Source: Gemmatimonadales bacterium (GTDB lineage Bacteria > Gemmatimonadota > Gemmatimonadetes > Gemmatimonadales > GWC2-71-9). Taken from it: a stretch of 48,556 nt of DNA. The notes below the pieces were generated by a model that searched no databases, was not told the DNA's origin, and saw only the letters and a program-made list of their open reading frames with translations. The position numbers and the translations under genes were made by a program. The DNA lies in NCBI GenBank assembly GCA_030699545.1, contig JAUYMC010000375.1, positions 1-48,556 on the forward strand, written 5' to 3'. Of this stretch, positions 25,852-33,478 are shown piece by piece (position 1 is the first letter of the stretch; every line of letters begins with the position of its first letter).

Positions 25852-28508
25852 CGGCGTACATCTTTCATCTGATCCCGCACACGCATTGGGATCGGGAGTG
25901 GTATCTGCCGCGCGCGGCGTTTCAGGCGCGGCTGATCCCCATGATAGATGATCTGATCGCGCGGCTCCAAAACGACGGTGCGCTGCGCAGCTTCCTGCTG
26001 GATGGGCAGACCGTCCTCGTCGAGGATTACCTGCGTGCCCGGCCCGAGCGCGAATCGGACCTGAAGGCGCTCGTGAAGACGGGGCGGCTGCAAGTCGGGC
26101 CGTGGTACGTCCTCGTCGACGAGCTGATCCCATCCGGCGAATCGCTGCTGCGCAACCTGCTGCTGGGCGCGGCCGATGCCGAGCGATTGGGCGGCCGCCT
26201 CGACGTGCTCTATTCGCCCGACGCGTTCGGGCACCCGTCGGCGCTCCCCGCCGTGGCGCGCGAGCTCGGCATCAAGTTCGGCGTCGTGTGGCGCGGCCTC
26301 GGCGGCGGAGCCGGGACGAGCCGGGAGCGCGATCTCTACCGCTGGACCGGCCGCGGGGATCGTGATCTCCTCATCTGGCATTTCCCGCCCGACGGCTACG
26401 AGATCGGGGCGGCGCTCCCCGGCTCCGGCGCCGCGCTCCCCGACCGGTGGGCCCGGGTCCGCGCCGCGCTGGTCGCGCGGGCGAGCGGGAAGCACATCCC
26501 GCTGTTCATCGGCGCCGATCATCACGCCCTGCACCCCAATCTGACCGGGTTGCGCGACCTTCTGGCCGAGCTCGAGCCGGCGAGCGCGTTTCGGATTTCG
26601 CGCCTCGACGAATTCTTTCAAGCCGCCGACGCGCCGGCGACCGCGGGAACGGGCGGCGGCCGCCCCGCCGCCGTCGCGGGCGAGCTGCGGTGGTCGTACG
26701 GCTACACCTGGACGCTGCAGGGCGTGCACGGGACGCGCGCGCCGTTCAAGCGCCGCCACGGCGCCGTCGAGCTGTGCCTCGAGCGGTGCGCCGAGCCGCT
26801 GGCGGCGCTGGCGCGCCGCCACGGCGGCACGGATCGCCGCCCGCTGCTCGACCTCGCCTGGCGCACGCTCGTGCGCAGCCAGTTCCACGACACGCTGGCG
26901 GGAACGGTCATCGACTCGGTCGCCGCCGCGGCGACCCGGCGTCTCGAGGATGTGAGGGCCTACGCCCACGAGCTCGCCACCGGGTCGCTACACGAGCTGA
27001 CGGGCTACGATCCGGATGTCGCGCGTGAGCGTGCCGACGTGCCGTCACAGCTCGTGCTCTGGAACCCGGCCGCGCGGGCCCGCGGCGGCGTCGTCGTGGC
27101 CGACGTCAATTTCTTCCGGCGCGACGTCCGCGTGGGGCCGGGCGATGCGCGCGTGATTGCAGCAGGGAGCGGCGCCGTCTCCTTCTCGCTGCAAACGCAC
27201 GACGCTCCGGCGAAGCCGGTACCCGTGCAACTCCTCGCCCGGCAGGTGACGCACGACCGGCTCGACGCGGCGCGGCACTATCCCGATCTCGATGAAGTGG
27301 ACCAGGTCCGCGTGGCATTCCGCGCGCCCGCCGTTCCGGGACTCGGTCTCGCGGTTCTGGAAAGCGGCCCGCCGGTCGGACTCCCTGGAGGCGAGCTCGT
27401 GCGCGTTGCCGGGCGCACGCTGTCCAATCGTTGGGTCGACGTCACGCTGGAGCGGGGCGGCGGTCTGACGCTCGTGGACCGGCGAACGAAACAGCGCTAC
27501 GAGGGTCTGCTCGTGCTCGAGGACGAGGGCGACGCGGGCGATGCATACACGTTCTGTCCCGCGGTCCGCGGCCGCCAGACGCGGTCGCGGGACGGCGGAC
27601 CGATCCGCGTGCGACGCCTCGCCCCGGGGCCGCTCGTGGCCGCCCTCGAAGCCCGCTACGTCCTGATACGCGGCGTGGACGTGCGTCTGGTCGTCCAGCT
27701 CTACGCCGACAGTCCGTTGATCCGCTGCACGCTCGATCTCGACAACCAGCGCACGCATCATCGCCTGCGCGCGCGGGTGCCGATCGGCATCGCCGGCGTC
27801 GCGGCGACCGCCGGCGCGGCGTTCGGGACGGAGCAGCGCCCGGCCGTGGCCGCCGATCCGTCCGCCTATCCGCGCGAGACACCCGTGCGGACGGCGCCCG
27901 CCCAGCGGTTCGTCGCCGCGTGCCGGGAGACGCGTGGTCTCGCGGTGCTCGCGCCGGCGTTTTTCGAGTATGAGTGGACCACCGCCGGCGATTTTCTCAT
28001 CACCGTCCTGCGGGCGATCGGGGACCTCTCTCGGGATGACCTGCCCACGCGTCCGGGGCACGCCGCGTGGGTGGCGCCGATTCCCGCCGCGCAGTGCCGC
28101 GGCATGACGCGCCTCGAGCTTGCGGTGACTCCCGTATCGACCGTCGATCTCGAGCGCGGCGACCGGCTGCCGGAGCTGTGGGAAGACGCCTTCCTGCCGG
28201 TGCGCGGACGGTGGCTGCGGGCCGCCGGTGCGGTGACACCGGCCACGGCGGGGATCGCGCTCGAAGGCACGGGGCTCGTGCTGTCCGCGGTCAAGCCGGC
28301 GCAGACGGGATCGCCGCTGGTGCTGCGCTGCTACAACGCCACGGGACGCAAGACGGCGGGGGCGTGGCGGTTCGGCGACGGCGTCAAGACGGCGCACCGC
28401 GTTCGCGCGGACGAACGCGACGCGGTGCCGCTCGTGCTCGAGCATCGCGGCCGGACTGTCCGCTTCGTCGCGGAACCGTACGAGATCGTCAGCATCCTGA
28501 TCACCTGA
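25848..28508 (+). CDS. Glycoside hydrolase family 38 alpha-mannosidase / mannosylglycerate hydrolase-like
   Basis: ATG at 25848 overlaps the pgi stop (ATGA). N-terminal HLIPHTHWDREWY and SPDAFGHP are GH38 catalytic-domain motifs. 886 aa, no signal peptide. Confidence 0.85.
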   Translation: MTAYIFHLIPHTHWDREWYLPRAAFQARLIPMIDDLIARLQNDGALRSFLLDGQTVLVEDYLRARPERESDLKALVKTGRLQVGPWYVLVDELIPSGESLLRNLLLGAADAERLGGRLDVLYSPDAFGHPSALPAVARELGIKFGVVWRGLGGGAGTSRERDLYRWTGRGDRDLLIWHFPPDGYEIGAALPGSGAALPDRWARVRAALVARASGKHIPLFIGADHHALHPNLTGLRDLLAELEPASAFRISRLDEFFQAADAPATAGTGGGRPAAVAGELRWSYGYTWTLQGVHGTRAPFKRRHGAVELCLERCAEPLAALARRHGGTDRRPLLDLAWRTLVRSQFHDTLAGTVIDSVAAAATRRLEDVRAYAHELATGSLHELTGYDPDVARERADVPSQLVLWNPAARARGGVVVADVNFFRRDVRVGPGDARVIAAGSGAVSFSLQTHDAPAKPVPVQLLARQVTHDRLDAARHYPDLDEVDQVRVAFRAPAVPGLGLAVLESGPPVGLPGGELVRVAGRTLSNRWVDVTLERGGGLTLVDRRTKQRYEGLLVLEDEGDAGDAYTFCPAVRGRQTRSRDGGPIRVRRLAPGPLVAALEARYVLIRGVDVRLVVQLYADSPLIRCTLDLDNQRTHHRLRARVPIGIAGVAATAGAAFGTEQRPAVAADPSAYPRETPVRTAPAQRFVAACRETRGLAVLAPAFFEYEWTTAGDFLITVLRAIGDLSRDDLPTRPGHAAWVAPIPAAQCRGMTRLELAVTPVSTVDLERGDRLPELWEDAFLPVRGRWLRAAGAVTPATAGIALEGTGLVLSAVKPAQTGSPLVLRCYNATGRKTAGAWRFGDGVKTAHRVRADERDAVPLVLEHRGRTVRFVAEPYEIVSILIT

Positions 28509-29161
28509 TGCGCGAACAGCATCTCTCCGTCTCGCGCACGGCGCGCTACTTCACGCTCGGCACCCGGGAGCGGGCGCGCGAAGTGTGGATCGTCTGTCAC
28601 GGCTACGCGCAGCTCGCCGCGCGCTTTCTGGAGCGATTCCGCGCGCTGGACGACGGCGGTCGCTACATCGTGGCGCCGGAAGGCCTGTCCCGCTTCTATC
28701 TCACCGAGCGTCCCGCGGAGCGCCGGGTCGGCGCCAGCTGGATGACGCGCGAGGACCGGTTGCGCGAAATCGACGACTACATCGCCTACCTCGAGGCGGT
28801 GTGCCGAGCGGTCGCGGGACCGGGGATCCCGGTCACGGCGCTCGGGTTCTCGCAGGGCACGGCGACCGTCTGCCGGTGGGCGGCGCTGGGTGCCGCGCCG
28901 ATCCACCGGCTGGTCGTCTGGGGTGGCGAAGTGCCGCCCGATCTCGATCTCGGCGTCGCCCGGACGGCGGAGCGGCTGCGCGCCGCGCGTCTCACGCTCG
29001 TGTACGGGCACGCCGATCCGTACGTCACGCCCAAGATCGTCGCCGCGACCGAGGAGCGCCTGCGGTCGCACGCCATTCCGTACACCCGCGTCCCCTTCGA
29101 CGGCGGGCACGAGATCGCCGAGCCCGTGTTACGCGAGATTGCCGCGGCGTCTGGGATCTAG
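28508..29161 (+). CDS. Alpha/beta hydrolase (carboxylesterase/phospholipase family)
   Basis: ATG at 28508 overlaps the GH38 stop. VWIVCHGY, nucleophile elbow GFSQG, C-terminal GGHE. Confidence 0.7.
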   Translation: MREQHLSVSRTARYFTLGTRERAREVWIVCHGYAQLAARFLERFRALDDGGRYIVAPEGLSRFYLTERPAERRVGASWMTREDRLREIDDYIAYLEAVCRAVAGPGIPVTALGFSQGTATVCRWAALGAAPIHRLVVWGGEVPPDLDLGVARTAERLRAARLTLVYGHADPYVTPKIVAATEERLRSHAIPYTRVPFDGGHEIAEPVLREIAAASGI

Positions 29162-29980
29162 GGCGTCGCGGAGCGCGTCGCCGAGCAGCGTGCAGGCGAC
29201 CACGACCACCACCAGCGCGATGCCCGGCGCCGTCGCGACCCACGGCGCGTTGACGAGCGTATCGCGTCCCGACGCGATCATGTTGCCCCACGATGGCGTG
29301 GGCGGTTGGACCCCAAGGCCGAGATACGACAGTCCGGCTTCGAGCATGATCGCATTGCCGATGCCCAGCGCCGCCGCCACGATCACCGGCGTCAGCGCGT
29401 TGGGCAGCACGTGACGCGTCAGCACCCGCAGCCGGCGGGCGCCGATCGCGACCGCGCCATCGACGAACGGCTGCGCGGCGAGCGCCCGCACTTCGCCATG
29501 GACGAGCCGGGCGATACTCATCCATCCCGTCAGCCCCAACACCAGAATCACGAGGCCGGTGCTCGGCCGCCACAGGGCCGCCAGTAACAGCAACAGCACG
29601 ACGCGGGGCAGGGCGAGCGCAAAATCGGTCAGCCCGAGCAGCAGCGCGGAAAGGGGCCCCCGCCCATGGGCGGCCAGCGCGCCGACGGCCATCCCGACAG
29701 TCACCGACACCAGCACCGCGAGCAGACCGACGCCCATCGACACCCGCGCGCCGTAAATCAGTCGCGTCCAGACGTCGCGGCCAAAGCGATCGGTGCCGAA
29801 TGGGTGGAAGTCCCCGGCGCGATCGGTGGCGAGCGGCGGCAGGAAGCGCGTAGCGACGATATCGCCCTGGACGTTGGGATCACCGCTGGTGACGACCGGC
29901 GCGGCAAGCGCGCAGCCGATGACCACGACGAGCACCGCGAAGCCGACCAGACCGCGCCGGTCGCGCAGCACGACGCTCAT
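29129..29980 (-). CDS. ABC transporter permease, peptide/nickel (DppC/OppC)-type
   Basis: 283 aa. N-terminal TM, then FGTDRFGRDVWTRLIYGARVS, typical of DppC/OppC. The 3' end overlaps the esterase gene by 33 nt. Confidence 0.85.
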   Translation of the reverse strand: MSVVLRDRRGLVGFAVLVVVIGCALAAPVVTSGDPNVQGDIVATRFLPPLATDRAGDFHPFGTDRFGRDVWTRLIYGARVSMGVGLLAVLVSVTVGMAVGALAAHGRGPLSALLLGLTDFALALPRVVLLLLLAALWRPSTGLVILVLGLTGWMSIARLVHGEVRALAAQPFVDGAVAIGARRLRVLTRHVLPNALTPVIVAAALGIGNAIMLEAGLSYLGLGVQPPTPSWGNMIASGRDTLVNAPWVATAPGIALVVVVVACTLLGDALRDALDPRRRGNLA

Positions 29981-30954
29981 GAGGGGGCCGCTCCCTCCCG
30001 CACGCGCGGATCGAGCCAGGCCGCCAGCGCGTCGGCGAGGAGATTCCCCGCGACCACCAGCACAGCGCTGACGGCGGTCGCCGCCATGACGACAGGGTAG
30101 TCGCGTCCCTGAACCGCTTCGACCAGCACACGGCCCACCCCCGGCCAGGCGAACACCGCTTCGACGAACACCGCACCGGAGAAGAGGGCGGGGAGCGACA
30201 GACCCAGCAGCGTCACCACCGGCGTCGCCGCGTTGCGCAACGCATGGCGCCCGATGACCGCCGCCGGTCGCACGCCCTTGGCGCGCGCCGTCGTGATGAA
30301 CGGCTGGCTCAGGGTCTCGAGCATCGCGCCCCTCACAAAGCGGGCCGCGCCCCCGATGCCGACGAGGGTCAGCGTCGCGAGTGGGAGGGCGAGATGGCGG
30401 AGCTGATCGGCGAGCCAGGCGCTCCCGGTCAGATAGTCACTGTCGATTCCGGCGGCCCCGAAGGCGGGGAGCAGACGCGCCCAGTAGGTGAAGACCAGGA
30501 CGAGCATCAAGCCCAGCCAATAGCCCGGCAACGCGAACAGCGTCACGGACACGATGGAAAGCGCGGTATCGGTGCGGGAGCCGCTGCGCGCCGCCTGGAG
30601 CGCGCCCAGCGCGATCCCGAGCAGGTAGCTCAGCAACAGCGACAGCGCGACGAGCCGCACCGTCGCGGGCCAGGCGGCGCCCAACACCGCGGCGACCGGC
30701 AATCCTTTCGCGATGCTGACCCCCCAGTCGCCGCGCGCAAACCGTCCGAGCCATGCCGCGAACTGGAGCGGCAGCGGGCGATCGAGGCCGAGGGCGGTGC
30801 GTTGCGCGGCGAGCTGCTCGGCGGTGGCGGTCGGCCCGAGCAGCCGCTCCACGGGATCGCCGGGGGCGAGGTGCAGCAGGAAGAAGGTGAGCGTGACGAC
30901 GCCCAGCACGACGGCGAGACCGGTGAGGAGCCGGCGCCCCAGTGTGGCCAGCAT
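29977..30954 (-). CDS. ABC transporter permease, peptide/nickel (DppB/OppB)-type
   Basis: The start chosen at ATG 30954 (MLATLGRRLLTGLAVVLGVVTLTFFLLHLAPGDPV) is a typical DppB N-terminus. The track ORF extends to 31017. Confidence 0.85.
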   Translation of the reverse strand: MLATLGRRLLTGLAVVLGVVTLTFFLLHLAPGDPVERLLGPTATAEQLAAQRTALGLDRPLPLQFAAWLGRFARGDWGVSIAKGLPVAAVLGAAWPATVRLVALSLLLSYLLGIALGALQAARSGSRTDTALSIVSVTLFALPGYWLGLMLVLVFTYWARLLPAFGAAGIDSDYLTGSAWLADQLRHLALPLATLTLVGIGGAARFVRGAMLETLSQPFITTARAKGVRPAAVIGRHALRNAATPVVTLLGLSLPALFSGAVFVEAVFAWPGVGRVLVEAVQGRDYPVVMAATAVSAVLVVAGNLLADALAAWLDPRVREGAAPS

Positions 30955-31001
30955 CGCGGCTGAATCTCGCGCCGGCCATCTTCCGCCGCTAGAATGCGGG
31001 C

Positions 31002-32462
31002 GTGCCGCGCGCGCCACTCTTCCTGCTCGTCGCCGTGGCGTCGCTGTCCGCGTGCCGCGAAAGCACGGTGGGGGCGGCGCGGCGCGGCCGGACCGTCCTG
31101 TTTGCCTCCGGTGCCGACCTCCAGAGCATCAATCCGCTCCTCACCGTGCATCCGCTCGCGCGCCAGGTGCAGCGCTACGTGCTGCTCACCACCCTGGCGC
31201 GCTACGATTCCGCGCTGGTGCCACAGCCCTATCTCGCGCGCCGCTGGCGCTGGTCGAACGACCGGCGGACGCTGACGCTGCTGCTGCGGCCGGACGTGCA
31301 CTGGCACGACGGCCGGCGCACGACGGCGCACGACGTGGCCTGGACGATCGAGGCGGCGCGCGATCCCGCCACCGGCTATCCGCGCCAGAGCGACCTCGCG
31401 GCGCTCACCAGCGTCACGACGGGCGGCGATTCGGGCGTCGTCCTTCGGTTTGGCGCCCCCATCGCTGCATTTCCAGACGTGCTCACCGACCTCGCGATCC
31501 TGCCGGCCCATTTGCTCGAGAGCGTGCCGCGGGCGCGCCTGCGCGAGGCGGCCTGGAATCAGACGCCCGTGGGAAACGGGCCGTTCCGATTCGTGAGTCA
31601 CGAGCCGAACCGCCGCTGGGTGTTCGCGGCCAACGCCGATTTTCCCGCCGCGCTGGGCGGCCCGCCGGCGCTCGAGCGGCTCATCGTCGTCGTGGTCGAT
31701 GAGCCGATGATCAAGCTGTCCGCACTCGTCGCGGGGGAGCTGGATTTCGCCGGCATCAATCCCGCGCATGCGACCTTCGTCCGCCGCCACTCGGTCCTTA
31801 CCGTCACCGACTATCCGCTGATCCTGCCGTACGGACTCGTGCTCAACACGCGGCGCGAGCCGTTCAACGACCTCACGGTCCGTCAGGCCGCCTCCCTCGC
31901 GATCGACCGCCGCGAGATCGTGGACGGGTATCTCTTCGGCTTCGCGGCGGTGGCGGACGGTCCGGTGCCGCCGGAGCTGCCGCGCGCCGTTTCCGCCCCC
32001 ATGCTCCCCCCGCTGCCCGATTCGGCCCGGCGACTGCTTGCCGGCCGGCGCCCGCGCTTCGAGCTGCTGACCGTCGGCAGCGGCGAAGCGGCGCTCGAGC
32101 AGATGATTCAGGCGCGTCTCGCCACCGTCGGGTTCGCCGTCACCATTCGCCAGCTCGAGCTGTCGGCCTTCCTCGACCGGGTGTACGGGGCGCGGCACGA
32201 GTTCACCGCCGCGGTCATGGGCATCCCGGGTGATCCGGGGCTGGGGTTCCTGCAGCCGCTCGGCGACATCACCGGCGTCGCCCTCCCGCCCGATCCGGTG
32301 GCTGCGCAGCGGGTCCTGGCCGAACGCGTGCCGGTGGTGTGGCTGTACCATGCGCGCGGCGTGCAGGGCGTGAACCGTCGTGTGCGGGGCGTCCGGATGG
32401 ACATGCGCGGCGAGCTCCCCACGGTCGCGTCGTGGCACGTCGCCGCGGGGGCGACGCATTGA
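31002..32462 (+). CDS. ABC transporter substrate-binding protein, family 5 (peptide/nickel/oligosaccharide type), lipoprotein
   Basis: 486 aa. LSAC lipobox. Family-5 SBP layout (DLQSINPLL..., HWHDGRRTTAHDVAWT). Divergent from the two permease genes. Confidence 0.8.
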   Translation: MPRAPLFLLVAVASLSACRESTVGAARRGRTVLFASGADLQSINPLLTVHPLARQVQRYVLLTTLARYDSALVPQPYLARRWRWSNDRRTLTLLLRPDVHWHDGRRTTAHDVAWTIEAARDPATGYPRQSDLAALTSVTTGGDSGVVLRFGAPIAAFPDVLTDLAILPAHLLESVPRARLREAAWNQTPVGNGPFRFVSHEPNRRWVFAANADFPAALGGPPALERLIVVVVDEPMIKLSALVAGELDFAGINPAHATFVRRHSVLTVTDYPLILPYGLVLNTRREPFNDLTVRQAASLAIDRREIVDGYLFGFAAVADGPVPPELPRAVSAPMLPPLPDSARRLLAGRRPRFELLTVGSGEAALEQMIQARLATVGFAVTIRQLELSAFLDRVYGARHEFTAAVMGIPGDPGLGFLQPLGDITGVALPPDPVAAQRVLAERVPVVWLYHARGVQGVNRRVRGVRMDMRGELPTVASWHVAAGATH

Positions 32463-33478
32463 TGAGACGCCGCGAGCTGCCCACCGAGTTCCAGAGTACC
32501 GCGCCGCTGCGACTCGACTTCGCCGGCGCCTGGACCGACGTGCCGCCGTTTTCCGCGCGCGAAGGCGGTGCCGTGGTCAATGCGGCGATCGGACTGCGCG
32601 CGCACGTGCGGCTCACCCTCGGCGGCACCGGTGGCCTGCTGCGGCTCGTGTCCGAAGAGCTTGGCGAAACGCTCGAGTGCGCGAATGCCGGCGGCCTCGA
32701 GCCCGGCGGGAAGCTCGCATTGCTCAAGGGCGCCGTGCGCATGTTTCCCGTCCTCGGCGGCTTCACGCTCACCACCCGCTGCGATGCTCCGCCGGGATCG
32801 GGTCTCGGAAGCTCGGGGGCGTTGGGCGTCGCGCTTGTCGCGGCGCTCGCGCGCGCGCGTCAGGACCGCCTCGCCGAGCGGGATCTCGCCGACCAGGCCT
32901 GGCAGGTGGAGACGGTGGAAGCGGGAATCCCCGGCGGGAAACAGGATCAGTACGCCGCCGCACTCGGAGGATTTCAGAAGCTGACGTTTCGCGATCCCGA
33001 CGTGGGCGTCGAACCGCTGACTCTGGACGCCGCCTTTGCGGAGGCGCTGCAGCGGCACACGCTGCTCTGCTACACGAATACGACCCGCGTGTCGGGGAAG
33101 ACCATCGCGCGCGTGATGCAGGCATACGAGGACGGCGATCGCGACGTCGCCGGCGCGCTGCGCGCTCTCCGGGAGATCGCCGAGCGCATGGCGGACGCGC
33201 TGCGCGCGGCCGACCTCGCCCGCGTTGGCGCGCTGCTGGCCGACAACTGGGCCCAGCAGCTGGCGCTCGATGCCGGGATGCGGACCGCGGACATGGCCCG
33301 GCTCGAGCAGGCGGTCGCCGCGGCCGGTGGCATGGGTGGGAAGGCGGCCGGCGCGGGAGCCGGCGGGTGCATGTTCTTCATCGCGCGGGATGCGACCGCG
33401 GCCGCGGACGCCGCGCGGGACGTGGGCGCCACGGTGCTGCCCGTGGCGTGGGCCAGTGAAGGGGCGCGCGCATGGTGA
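32462..33478 (+). CDS. GHMP-family sugar kinase (fucokinase / heptose-phosphate kinase-like)
   Basis: ATG at 32462 overlaps the SBP stop. GHMP motif II PPGSGLGSSGALGVALVAAL. C-terminal GGKAAGAGAGGCMFF. Confidence 0.8.
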   Translation: MRRRELPTEFQSTAPLRLDFAGAWTDVPPFSAREGGAVVNAAIGLRAHVRLTLGGTGGLLRLVSEELGETLECANAGGLEPGGKLALLKGAVRMFPVLGGFTLTTRCDAPPGSGLGSSGALGVALVAALARARQDRLAERDLADQAWQVETVEAGIPGGKQDQYAAALGGFQKLTFRDPDVGVEPLTLDAAFAEALQRHTLLCYTNTTRVSGKTIARVMQAYEDGDRDVAGALRALREIAERMADALRAADLARVGALLADNWAQQLALDAGMRTADMARLEQAVAAAGGMGGKAAGAGAGGCMFFIARDATAAADAARDVGATVLPVAWASEGARAW

